Below, in pieces: positions 18,710-27,329 of a DNA stretch of 64,000 nt. The DNA is from a virus: positions 1-64,000 of the IMG/VR virus record IMGVR_UViG_3300008954_000025. One strand, 5' to 3'. The notes beneath the pieces are model-generated. The model worked only from the letters and a program-made list of their open reading frames with translations, was not told the origin of the DNA and did not search any database. Numbering within the stretch: the first letter of the stretch is position 1; each line of letters opens with the position of its first letter. The position numbers and the translations under genes were made by a program.

Positions 18710-18721
18710 GGAAGAAGACTG

Positions 18722-19720
18722 ATGCCTGACCTGGAAAAAAGCTGGACCCACTCGATGGACGTCGATGTAACCGGCGCGAGCGCAGTGTTGACCGGCGCCG
18801 GTTGGGCTATCGCGTTCAAAGATCTGATGCTCGACACAGTCGAAGCGGACGGCGGCGAGTGGACGATCGAAGGCTGTAGCGACGGCGTCTCGGTCGACGC
18901 GACCGACCGTTGGGGCAGTGACACGAGCAAAGTGGTCTGGGACACGGCAGGCAACAACCACTCCTGGATCGAGCTGTCGAAGACGTATAGAGGCACCACG
19001 TACTACGTGATCCTGGACTGCGCCAACACCGACGGTGAGACCGTCACGGTCGTGTTCAGCCACACCGCCCCGTCAACCGGCGGCACGATCACGAATCGGC
19101 CGACCACGGCGGGTGCTTCGGCGTACACGTACACCGAGAAGGCCATCGACCACACTGGCGGACAGACCATGTATTTCCATGGCGGCAGGAATGAAGACGG
19201 TGGCTACTGGGTCTCGTCGGGCCGCACCGGACTCGACAACCTACCGCTGGCGTTCGTCTTCGCGACCTTGGAGACTCCGAGGACGAACATCGCCGATCCA
19301 TATGCGGTGTGGTTCGGCATCAAATACACCGAGGCGGTCAACGGCTCCTGGGAGCTGAACGACGCCGCCAACGGGTTGGCGGATGACACCAACTTCGGCA
19401 TGTTCGATGAGACGGGTGGGACCGACGCGGACGGGTGGGAGTCCTGCCCGGGGTACACGGCGCACCAGCATATCACCACGAACTCGCCAGCTTGCGCGGC
19501 CTTCCCGGCTGGCGGAGACGTGGTGGACGGTAGTTGGCCGACACTCCCTGTCCACATTTTCAATGGCGATGCCAACCAGTATGCGCTGCGAGGGCGCTGG
19601 GCCGACGTGTATCAAACTTCCGACGAGAGTCAGCTCGGCGGTGCGCCGACGGGCGGCCCCTTCACCCATATCGTCTGCGGCCATTTGGCGTTGCCCGCGG
19701 ACGCGGAGCCGACGCACTGA
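18722..19720 (+). CDS. Probable virion structural protein
   Basis: 332 aa T/G/D-rich ORF with RBS, within fibre cluster. Confidence 0.65.
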   Translation: MPDLEKSWTHSMDVDVTGASAVLTGAGWAIAFKDLMLDTVEADGGEWTIEGCSDGVSVDATDRWGSDTSKVVWDTAGNNHSWIELSKTYRGTTYYVILDCANTDGETVTVVFSHTAPSTGGTITNRPTTAGASAYTYTEKAIDHTGGQTMYFHGGRNEDGGYWVSSGRTGLDNLPLAFVFATLETPRTNIADPYAVWFGIKYTEAVNGSWELNDAANGLADDTNFGMFDETGGTDADGWESCPGYTAHQHITTNSPACAAFPAGGDVVDGSWPTLPVHIFNGDANQYALRGRWADVYQTSDESQLGGAPTGGPFTHIVCGHLALPADAEPTH

Positions 19721-19989
19721 TGCCTAACATGTACAACGACAACCACTGGGCGAGCACGCCGCTCAACATGCGGCAGTCGTCGGCGAGCGTTCGGTTACTG
19801 TCGACCGATCCAACGGGTGGCGGCTCGACGACGACGTACCACATGCGCGGTTGGGATGATGGCGGCGCACGTTGGGTAACGTGGACCAGTACGGACACAC
19901 CAGACACCAGCCCGGCCAGCGGCGACACCACGCCGAATTGGTCGGGGAGCCTGTCCGCGCCGCACGTCAGTTACACGGTCGTCGCGTGA
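19720..19989 (+). CDS. Small S/T-rich hypothetical protein
   Basis: TGATG coupling upstream, GTGA overlap downstream. Confidence 0.55.
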   Translation: MPNMYNDNHWASTPLNMRQSSASVRLLSTDPTGGGSTTTYHMRGWDDGGARWVTWTSTDTPDTSPASGDTTPNWSGSLSAPHVSYTVVA

Positions 19990-21404
19990 CCCGGCGGCCC
20001 ATCGAGGACTTCTGGCAGGTCCCGGACGGTGACGACTACGCGCCGGCTTTCGAGCGGGCGCAGCAGTCCATCCCTCCCGACGCACACATCGAGCTGGCCT
20101 TCAAGCCGAAGCTCTATCGGTGTTCGCGGAAGGTCGACCTGTATCGAGGCGTCGCGCTGATCGGACTGGAGTCTGTCGTTGGCGTGAAGGGCGACGCGAC
20201 TCCGCAAGGCGGGTTGCAAGCCGTCCCGACGCTGCACTTCGACAACCACAGCGTCGGCCTCGAGATCCACTATCCGGGGACGTACCTCCCAGAGCCCGAG
20301 GCGCGCGGCACCGTGACGATGCGGAACCTGGTCATCCACGGCTCAGGGCACATGTCCGGTCTCGACTTGCATGGCATCGTTGTCCACAACAGGCCCGTCC
20401 TCGACGGCATCACCGTCCGCGAGTTCGGCGGCGACGGGATCTATGCGTATTGCACGAGCCAAGTTCTTCCTGGCGGCGACGAGAACCCCGGCAACTGCAG
20501 CTTGATGAAGCTGACGAATGTTCGTCTGTACTTCAACGGCAACCGTGGTTTGTATCTCAACGGCGCCGACGCCAACGGCGGCGTGTTCGTCGGGCTCGAC
20601 GCCAACGCCAACGGGAAGGCCATGCCCGCTGGCGAGGCTGTTCAGATCTACGACTCGTCCTTCCTCGGGAACGTCTATATTGGCTTCCACATCGGCGGGA
20701 ACCAGTTCGGCGGACGTCCGTTCGTCACGGACAACGCGAACGCGCGGTGCCTGCTCCTCGGTTGTTACGTCGAGGGCATCGACGGGCTGTACATGGTCCC
20801 GCCGGCGATGTCGATCGGCGGCTTCTGCGGACCGCAAGAAGGCGCGACGACGCACGTCGACTCCGACCTGAACGGGTTGCTTCGGGTGAAGCCGGGCGTC
20901 ACGTGTATGAACCCGATGGGAGACAACACCATCGAGACGCGCCTCGGCTCGGCCAAGATCGGCAACGTCGCGCTGGAGCTGCTCGTCGACCAGTCGAAGA
21001 CTCAGCGCCTCCACTTCGCGCGCAAGAACCCCGGCTGGTGGGAGTTCATCGATTCCAACGCTGCAACCCTGATTGCATTCGCAGTGTCAACTGCGCTTGC
21101 GGCCGAGGGCCGTGGCCAGTTCTGGATGCCGAATGGCTTCTACTTCGGCGGCAGCGGTTCACCTCGCGGTAAGCAGCGGACCGAGCTGCGCGGCGGCATC
21201 GAGGTCGTCGTCACCGAGCTGGGCGGCGCCGTTCGTGCTGAGGGCTACGCCACGGCACCACCGCACGCTGGCGACTGGAAGCCTGGTGATAAGATCTGGA
21301 ACGCGGCGCCGACCGTCGGCGCCGTTACAGGCTGGGTCTGCACGGCGGCGGGCTCGCCTGGGAAGTGGGCGTCGCTAGGCACTGTCGGACCCGAGGAGCC
21401 CTAG
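19986..21404 (+). CDS. Right-handed beta-helix (pectate-lyase-like) spike/depolymerase-type protein
   Basis: N-terminal DGDDYAPAFERA, G/N ladder repeats (FGGDGIY, NGNRGLY), C-terminal W..GD.IWN......GWVCTAAGSPG.W. Confidence 0.75.
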   Translation: MTRRPIEDFWQVPDGDDYAPAFERAQQSIPPDAHIELAFKPKLYRCSRKVDLYRGVALIGLESVVGVKGDATPQGGLQAVPTLHFDNHSVGLEIHYPGTYLPEPEARGTVTMRNLVIHGSGHMSGLDLHGIVVHNRPVLDGITVREFGGDGIYAYCTSQVLPGGDENPGNCSLMKLTNVRLYFNGNRGLYLNGADANGGVFVGLDANANGKAMPAGEAVQIYDSSFLGNVYIGFHIGGNQFGGRPFVTDNANARCLLLGCYVEGIDGLYMVPPAMSIGGFCGPQEGATTHVDSDLNGLLRVKPGVTCMNPMGDNTIETRLGSAKIGNVALELLVDQSKTQRLHFARKNPGWWEFIDSNAATLIAFAVSTALAAEGRGQFWMPNGFYFGGSGSPRGKQRTELRGGIEVVVTELGGAVRAEGYATAPPHAGDWKPGDKIWNAAPTVGAVTGWVCTAAGSPGKWASLGTVGPEEP

Positions 21405-21407
21405 ACC

Positions 21408-21527
21408 GTGGGGCTCAAGAAGCCCGGGGCCGTCACCACGGACACGGCCAATCAGTTCGCCGGCGCGGATGACAAAGCCGTCCCGGTCTCGGCGGACCGG
21501 TTGCTGCTCGAAGACTCGGCGGCAGGC
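21408..21527 (+). pseudogene. 5' remnant of a phage fibre-type gene, fused in frame to foreign DNA
   Basis: MGLKKPGAVTTDTANQFAGADDKAVPVSADRLLLEDSAAG carries the K..P...D.LL.EDS fibre motif, then switches abruptly to a membrane protein. Confidence 0.55.
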
Positions 21528-22149
21528 GAGCCCCTCGCCGTATCTTCACTGGATGGCCTCGATCCGGAGCAGCGGGCGATCGAGCTCGGCAATCGCCTCC
21601 GAATCCGTTCGCCGGGCCTCGCTAAGGAGCTTCACGACGTCAGCCTGCGCCAGCTCGAGGACGAAGATCGGCGGAAGTCCGGGCTGGAGGCGAAAGCGTC
21701 CGGTCTCCTCCAAGCGGTCGGTATCTCGCTCGCGCTCCTCACCGCGTTTGGCGGCGCGATCATCATCAAACCCGAGTTCGTCGCAGCCCTCGGCTCCGCT
21801 GCCTGGTTCGTTCGATTCCTACTCCTCGCGGCGGTACTCGCCGGTATAGGGGCGGCGACCTGCGCTCTGCTCGCGCTCAAGGTGACGGAGTACCGCACGC
21901 TCCGCGACGAGGACGTGTTTAACGAGGAGTCTCTGCACGAAGCCGATTCCGCCTACAAATCAGACCAACCAGACACGGACAGGAACTCCGTCGCTTACTA
22001 CCACCGCTACATGACCATCGCCCACTGGCGGATCTACTGGTACGTCTTCGGGCTTCACAAGAAGAAAGCGAAGATCGTACGGTACGGCCAGCTGTGCTTC
22101 TTCGCGTTGCTCGTGTCGTTTGTGCTTCTCGCTGGGATGGTGATCCTGG
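21528..22149 (+). other. Foreign fragment encoding a 3-TM membrane protein (read as part of chimeric ORF 21408-22382)
   Basis: E..R...LEAKA..LL followed by three hydrophobic helices; codon usage differs from the phage; ORF tail after ~22150 is an out-of-frame reading of a phage gene. Confidence 0.55.
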
Positions 22150-22317
22150 GTGACGGAGACGCTGGTCGGAGCTGTGAAGCTGCCGCTGAACGCCAGCACG
22201 TCGATCGCGGCGTGGCTCGGCGAAGAGACCGGCACCTACGACGCGAACCTTCGGATCCGGAAGGCGAGCGACGCGACGGTCTTGACGACCTTGACTGCGT
22301 CCACCGCGATCAGCATG
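22150..22317 (+). pseudogene. N-terminal/middle remnant of a paralogue of 18371-18709
   Basis: ETLVGAVKLP...IAAWLGEETGTYDANLRIRKASDATVLTTLT versus ETWVGSVYLP...IRAFMGEETAAHDASLRIRRDADASILTTLT. Confidence 0.8.
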
Positions 22318-22407
22318 CTCACGTCCTCGCGCAGCTCGAATCGTATAGCTCCAGAGAATACGGCGCCGGAGGCGTAAGATGAACTCCGAGCGGTCGTCGG
22401 AGCGTTC

Positions 22408-23718
22408 GTGAAGCTGACGGACAAGGAGTGCGAAGCGATCCTCCGCGAATACGAGCTAGTCGCTGCCGAATCACGTGTCGGCGAACACGAGAAATCCGTC
22501 GTGCCCAACGAGGACGCTGTTGGGATCCCCAACCACTTCTCCGCCCGCCTTAGCGAGCTCGACATGCGAATGGTCCATGCGGTTCCCGAAGGCGGCAACT
22601 GGAAAGACATCCCAGAGTCGATCCCGTCGAAGCGACTCGATCAGATCCGAGAGAGCTTCAAGCGTGGTGAAGGCAGCCGCTCGACCTACTATGGGCGCCT
22701 GCGACACGACATGCCGTCGTATACGATCAACACGTACTTCAATCGCCCTGGCAACGGTTGCCATATCCACCCCAGCCAAGCTCGCGTCCTCTCGCAGCGC
22801 GAAGCAGCTCGGCTACAGAGCTTCCCCGATAGATTTCGATTTGTGGGCCCTCAGGGCATCGTCAATAAGCAGATCGGGAACGCGGTCCCCCCACTGCTGG
22901 CCTTCCAGATCGCGGGCCAGCTCGGCTCGCCTGGGGTCTTCGTCGACCTCTTCTCCGGAGCTGGTGGTATGGGGCTCGGGTTCAGCTGGGCTGGCTGGCA
23001 GCCCCTTGTTGCAAACGACATCGAATCGAGGTTCCTCGAAACATACAGCCAGAATGTCCATGACAGCGTGGTCCTCGGAAGTATCACCGACCCTGTCGTA
23101 CGTGCGGAGATCATCGAACGTGCGCAGACGTTGCGCGAGAAGCATCCCGACAAGCCGTTTTGGATTCTTGGCGGCCCCCCCTGCCAAGGGTTCTCCACGG
23201 CGGGGCACAAGCGCTCGATGAAGGATCAGCGTAACCACTTGTTCTGGGACTACTGCAAGGTGCTCAAGGAGCTTCGTCCGGATGGCTTCGTGTTCGAGAA
23301 CGTGACCGGTCTTCTGAACATGCAGAAGGGCAAGGTCTTCGAGATGGTCAAGGAGGCATTCAAGTCCCTCATGCCGAAGGTCGATGGCTGGCTGCTGTCG
23401 GCCGACGAGTTCGCCGTCCCCCAACGCCGGAAGCGGGTGTTCTTGATCGGCACGGTCGACCCAGATCATGAGGTTCGCCAGCCCCAACGGCTCACGACCT
23501 GTGAATCCAACGGTGAACTCTTCAGTGAGAACGAGCGCGCCGTGTCAGTCGGTGAAGCCATCGAGGATCTACCTGCGCTGAAGGCGAGCCAAGACGGCTC
23601 GGACTTGGCATACGATAGTCCGCCGAAGACGACCTATCAGGCATTCATGCGTGGTCGAATCGGTCCCGCTGAGTTTCTCGAGAGTGTAACCCGCTCCCGC
23701 GGCTGGAGCGAGGAGTGA
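22408..23718 (+). CDS. Circularly permuted DNA (cytosine-5) methyltransferase, Alw26I/Eco31I/Esp3I type
   Basis: Order TRD, IX (REAARLQSFPD), X (QIGNAVPP), I (DLFSGAGG), IV (GGPPCQGFS), VI (FENV), VIII (PQRRKRVF). Confidence 0.92.
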   Translation: MKLTDKECEAILREYELVAAESRVGEHEKSVVPNEDAVGIPNHFSARLSELDMRMVHAVPEGGNWKDIPESIPSKRLDQIRESFKRGEGSRSTYYGRLRHDMPSYTINTYFNRPGNGCHIHPSQARVLSQREAARLQSFPDRFRFVGPQGIVNKQIGNAVPPLLAFQIAGQLGSPGVFVDLFSGAGGMGLGFSWAGWQPLVANDIESRFLETYSQNVHDSVVLGSITDPVVRAEIIERAQTLREKHPDKPFWILGGPPCQGFSTAGHKRSMKDQRNHLFWDYCKVLKELRPDGFVFENVTGLLNMQKGKVFEMVKEAFKSLMPKVDGWLLSADEFAVPQRRKRVFLIGTVDPDHEVRQPQRLTTCESNGELFSENERAVSVGEAIEDLPALKASQDGSDLAYDSPPKTTYQAFMRGRIGPAEFLESVTRSRGWSEE

Positions 23719-23819
23719 TGTCTGGAACCAACGTGCCCGCCGCGGCGTGGTATGAGCTGTACCTCTATGCGAGCCATGCCGACGGGACCGCGATCTGCAG
23801 CGGGGTCATCTTCGAGTAA
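23718..23819 (+). pseudogene. C-terminal remnant of the 18371 paralogue (not in ORF track)
   Basis: MSGTNVPAAAWYELYLYASHADGTAICSGVIFE* versus DWYHLYLFTDDAAGVAICTGVRFE*. Confidence 0.8.
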
Positions 23820-24067
23820 TGCCTGAGGCGGCCATTGCGGCGCTCCGCTCGGTGTGGCCGCTCGTCGTGGCGACGCTGGCGATCGTCCTGAGTGTAGGCG
23901 CCGCGATCGGCTGGTGGCTCGTCCACCGGGGCGAGGCCACCAACGACGCGAGGCTCCGCGCAGAGCGCCGCGCCCGGATCCGCGAGGTCTTGGTCGCGTT
24001 CGATGTCCCGCGCGATCGCCGGGATGCCTGCATCGACGCGCTCGAGCGTCTTATGGCATCGTGGTGA
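23819..24067 (+). CDS. Small single-TM membrane protein
   Basis: TAATG coupling; WPLVVATLAIVLSVGAAIGWWLV. Confidence 0.6.
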   Translation: MPEAAIAALRSVWPLVVATLAIVLSVGAAIGWWLVHRGEATNDARLRAERRARIREVLVAFDVPRDRRDACIDALERLMASW

Positions 24068-24070
24068 CCT

Positions 24071-24304
24071 GTGCCGCACCCGTTCGTCCACGAACACGCG
24101 CCGACAATCAAGGACGTAGCGAAAATTCTCAACGTCAATGAAAGGACCGTCTATCGGCCGGTCCAACGGGGCGAGCTTCCGGCGTTCAAGGTGGCCGGTG
24201 CCTGGCGCTTGCTCGCCGGCGACGTCGACCGCTGGATCGACTCACAGAAGGCCGTCACGGCCGACGAGGCTGGTCGGATCACAAGCAAGGCGACCAATGG
24301 CTGA
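24071..24304 (+). CDS. Excisionase-type (HTH_17/MerR-like) DNA-binding protein, probably a chimeric foreign fragment
   Basis: TIKDVAKILNVNERTVYR...GELPAFKVAGAWR...DVDRWI. Confidence 0.75.
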   Translation: MPHPFVHEHAPTIKDVAKILNVNERTVYRPVQRGELPAFKVAGAWRLLAGDVDRWIDSQKAVTADEAGRITSKATNG

Positions 24305-24344
24305 CATCATGCCGGCGCATCAACGGTCCGCGCTCATGAAGCGA
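24297..24344 (+). pseudogene. vsr: First ~16 codons of a Vsr-like endonuclease
   Basis: MADIMPAHQRSALMKR resembles the Vsr N-terminus (MAD....QRS..M.R), then breaks off. Confidence 0.5.
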
Positions 24345-24345
24345 G

Positions 24346-24615
24346 GCCGCCCAGCTCGTCCACGCCGCCGGTGAGTCCGCCCCCGGCGACCTCCCAGCAG
24401 GAACCCACGCCGTCGTTCTCGCAGCAGACGACGCGCAGCTGTCTGCGCTCCGGGACCGACTGGAGCGTCGAGGCGTACCTCATCGTGCCGTCATCGAGGG
24501 CGATGGTGCTCACGCAGGACAGCTACTTGCGGTTGGTCTAGCGCCCGCGCCCAAGCGCGCCGTGCAGCGTCACGTGAGCAGCCTGCCGCTATTGTGGAGG
24601 CGCCAGACGACCTAA
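24346..24615 (+). pseudogene. Peptidyl-tRNA hydrolase Pth2-like gene lacking its 5' end (not in ORF track)
   Basis: AAQLVHAAGES...THAVVLA...L..L...L...GVPHRAVIE.D....GQLLAVGLAP.....V...SSLPLL; in-frame TGA at 24337 and no start codon. Confidence 0.75.
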
Positions 24616-24624
24616 CTAACTTCT

Positions 24625-24699
24625 GCGCGTGTAGCTCAGTTGGCAGAGCGCCCGGCCTAAGCAGTCGGGAGGTCCGAGGTTCGACCCCTCGCGCGCGCG
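24625..24699 (+). tRNA. Non-canonical tRNA: 6-bp anticodon stem, nominal anticodon AAG, short variable loop, no encoded CCA
   Basis: Acceptor GCGCGTG/CGCGCGC; D arm GCTC-AGTTGGCA-GAGC; CCCGGC-CTAAGCA-GTCGGG; AGGTC; T arm CGAGG-TTCGACC-CCTCG. Confidence 0.7.
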
Positions 24700-24724
24700 C
24701 TCGAGCCTTGTCGTCCGGACAGAA

Positions 24725-24940
24725 ATGTGGCAGCGTCCAGCTCGCGTGTCCGGACGGAAACCCAAGATCGGTCGTCCGCCGGGGTCCGAGTTCCCCGACC
24801 GCGTCGAGATTCGCGTGCGCGCCGGCGACAAGCGCGAGCTCGCGGCGCGCTACGAAGCCGAGAACGCTGAGCGGTCGCCGCGATACCGCTTCGCCTCCAT
24901 GGCGGCTTGGATGCGGCGGAAGCTCGGACTGCGGCCATGA
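24725..24940 (+). CDS. Small ribbon-helix-helix-like DNA-binding protein (start may be GTG 24746)
   Basis: GRPP...RVEIRV....K..L......SMAAWMR; ATGA-coupled to first glycosyltransferase. Confidence 0.55.
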   Translation: MWQRPARVSGRKPKIGRPPGSEFPDRVEIRVRAGDKRELAARYEAENAERSPRYRFASMAAWMRRKLGLRP

Positions 24941-26151
24941 CTCGTCGTCTGCTCCTGCACTGCGACTCGCTGTGCGCGAGCACCGGCTTCGCGGGCGTCG
25001 CGCGTACGATCATCGCCAACCTCGACGGCTGGGAGATCGACCAGGTCGGTATCAACCATCCCAACGCGCTCGATGAGCACGACCGCGTCCGCATCTACCC
25101 GACGCGCGGCCAGACCGACCACGGCGGGCAGCTCGCGTGCGACCTGTACCTGCAGCGCGACTACGACGTCATGCTCATCGTGCAGGACCTCCACGTCGGT
25201 GCGCAGTGGGCGCGCGGACTCCGGAGCGCGCAGGTGCAGCGCGCCCGCCAGGGTCGTAGGAAGACGCCCGTCGTCTTCTTGTTCCCCGTGGACGGGCCGA
25301 TGCTCGGCTTCACCGAGCTGGTCGACCTCGCCGACTGCGCCGTGAGCTGTACGCGATGGGGGCAGCGCGTAGTCGGTGCCCTGTCGACGTCCCGCGTGCA
25401 GGTCATCCCGCACGACGTCAGCAGCGACGCGTTCCACACGCTCCCCGAGGCGGAACGGGCGCGGCTGCACAGCAGCGTGTTCAACGTGGCGCCCGAGACA
25501 CTCACGCTGCTGTCGGTGGCGGTGAACACCATCCGCAAGGACTTGTTCCAGGTGCTCCAAGGCATCGCAGCGCTGAAGGCGCGCCGCGGTCCGGTCGCCA
25601 AGATCCACTTCCACACGCCCGGCGTGCATCAGGACATGAACCTCCGTCTCATGGCGTCGGCGCTGGACCTGGTGCAAGGCATCGACTACCAGATCGCGGA
25701 CCCGTCGCTGCTGGGCGCGCCGCGCGAGGTCATCAACGAGCTCTACAACGCCGCTGACGGGCTCGTGTTCGCGTCGCGGCGCGAGGGCTGGGGTCTGCCC
25801 ATGACGGAGGCGATGGCCGCAGGGACCGCGGTCGTCGCGCCCCGCTACGGGCCGTTCGAGGAGCTGCTGGCTCCGGACCGTGGGCTCCTGCACGAGCCTG
25901 CCGGCCAGATCTGGACTGACAAGGAGCACAGGGGCCCGTGCTGGTTGTCCGACCCGGAGGCCATCGCCGACCAGCTCGAACGCCTGCTGGACATGCGCGG
26001 GACGCCCGAGCATCAGCAGCTCCTCGAGCGCGCCCGCGCTCGTGTGCAGCGCTTCGCCCCAGAGATTGTGGCCGAGCGCTGGCGGAAGTTGCTGTACGAC
26101 GTCATGGACGGGCAGGAGCCGGCCCCGACGCCCGGCGAGGAGCTGTCATGA
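24937..26151 (+). CDS. Glycosyltransferase, GT-B fold (GT4-like)
   Basis: DS...TGF..V, N..RKD, LYNAAD....S..EGWGLP..EAMA.G. Confidence 0.92.
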   Translation: MTRRLLLHCDSLCASTGFAGVARTIIANLDGWEIDQVGINHPNALDEHDRVRIYPTRGQTDHGGQLACDLYLQRDYDVMLIVQDLHVGAQWARGLRSAQVQRARQGRRKTPVVFLFPVDGPMLGFTELVDLADCAVSCTRWGQRVVGALSTSRVQVIPHDVSSDAFHTLPEAERARLHSSVFNVAPETLTLLSVAVNTIRKDLFQVLQGIAALKARRGPVAKIHFHTPGVHQDMNLRLMASALDLVQGIDYQIADPSLLGAPREVINELYNAADGLVFASRREGWGLPMTEAMAAGTAVVAPRYGPFEELLAPDRGLLHEPAGQIWTDKEHRGPCWLSDPEAIADQLERLLDMRGTPEHQQLLERARARVQRFAPEIVAERWRKLLYDVMDGQEPAPTPGEELS

Positions 26152-27329
26152 CCGCGCTCTGGGCGCCCGTGCGCCGTGAGGCAGAAGGCCTTCCGCCCGT
26201 CCGCTTCTCGGCCGACTTCGCGTCGCCGACGGGCTACGCGAACGACGCGCGCATGCTGGCCTACGCGCTCATCCAGGCCGGCGTGGACGTGACGCTCGAC
26301 GCGATCCCGATGGACTGCGGGACTGCGCACTTCGGCCCCGTCGCCGAGGCGCTGCGCCCACACATCGACCGCGAGCTCGACGCGCCGATCCAGATCCTGG
26401 ACACCATCCCCAGCTTCTGGCCGCAGTACCGTCGCAAGGACGCGCAGCATGCAGTGGCGCGGCTCGCGTGGGAGACGGACACGACGCCGCCCGAGTGGGC
26501 TCAGCTCGCGCGGCGCTGCGCCATCGACGAGGTCTGGACGCCGAGCACGTTCAACCGAACCGTGCTGTCTGACGGCCTCCGAGCCCCCGGCTTCACGGTC
26601 CCGATGGCGCACGACCTGGACTTCATCGATCAGCACTCCGAGGGCCTGGATCTGCGGGAGCAGGGCGTCGCGAACGACGTCTTCGTGTTCCTGACCGTGG
26701 GGACCTGGATCAAGCGGAAGAACTTCGAGGGGCTGCTGGCGTCGTACTGCGCCGAGTTCGGGCCGGACGACGCCGTGTGTCTCGTGCTCAAGGTCAATAG
26801 CGGCCGAGTCGACGCCGCGGCGCGGGCGGCGATCGAGGCCGAGGTCGCAGACATCTTGATCAGCCTCGGCGCGGACCGCCGGCTGCCGCCGATCATCATC
26901 CTGCAGCAGCACCTGCCGACCGCCGAGATGATCGGCCTGTACCGGCGCGCGCAGTGCGGCGTGTTCCCGACGTTCGGCGAGGGTTGGGGGCTGCCCATCA
27001 GCGAGATGATGGCGTGCGGCACCTCATCGATCGTGACGGGATGGGGCGGCGTGCTCGAGTTCTGCGACGAGACGACGGCCTGCCTGCTGCCCTACCAGCC
27101 GACACCGGTACGCGGCATGCGGCCGATGCCGTGGTACGACGCGCGCCACAGCTGGGCCGAGCCGGATCTGTGCGCGCTGCGCGGGCACATGCGCTACGTG
27201 TTCGAGCACCGAGACGAGTGGCAGAAGACCGGCTGGGTCGCGAAGCGCCGCATCCAAGAGAACTACAACATGCGCGCCGTGGCGCTGCGGATGGTCGCGC
27301 GCCTGCGTGCGATCGCGGGGGGCCTGTAG
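26148..27329 (+). CDS. Glycosyltransferase, GT-B fold (GT4-like)
   Basis: TGYA..AR, WET, DEVWTPS.FN, RKN, P..GEGWGLP..E.MACG. Confidence 0.92.
   Translation: MTALWAPVRREAEGLPPVRFSADFASPTGYANDARMLAYALIQAGVDVTLDAIPMDCGTAHFGPVAEALRPHIDRELDAPIQILDTIPSFWPQYRRKDAQHAVARLAWETDTTPPEWAQLARRCAIDEVWTPSTFNRTVLSDGLRAPGFTVPMAHDLDFIDQHSEGLDLREQGVANDVFVFLTVGTWIKRKNFEGLLASYCAEFGPDDAVCLVLKVNSGRVDAAARAAIEAEVADILISLGADRRLPPIIILQQHLPTAEMIGLYRRAQCGVFPTFGEGWGLPISEMMACGTSSIVTGWGGVLEFCDETTACLLPYQPTPVRGMRPMPWYDARHSWAEPDLCALRGHMRYVFEHRDEWQKTGWVAKRRIQENYNMRAVALRMVARLRAIAGGL

Noticed and set aside
22150-22161. A GAGACG (Esp3I/Alw26I) site whose 1/5 cut position coincides with the junction near 22150
   Set aside because: Only one of six junctions shows this and GAGAC is frequent here; intriguing but compatible with chance
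22315-23720. MTase insert as a self-splicing intron, intein or IS element
   Set aside because: No group I/II structure, intein motifs, transposase or terminal inverted repeats seen; only a 3-nt ATG microhomology
24071-24304. HTH as a prophage excisionase with the tRNA as att site
   Set aside because: No integrase or duplicated tRNA 3' end in the window; the HTH is linked to a vsr start and interrupts Pth2
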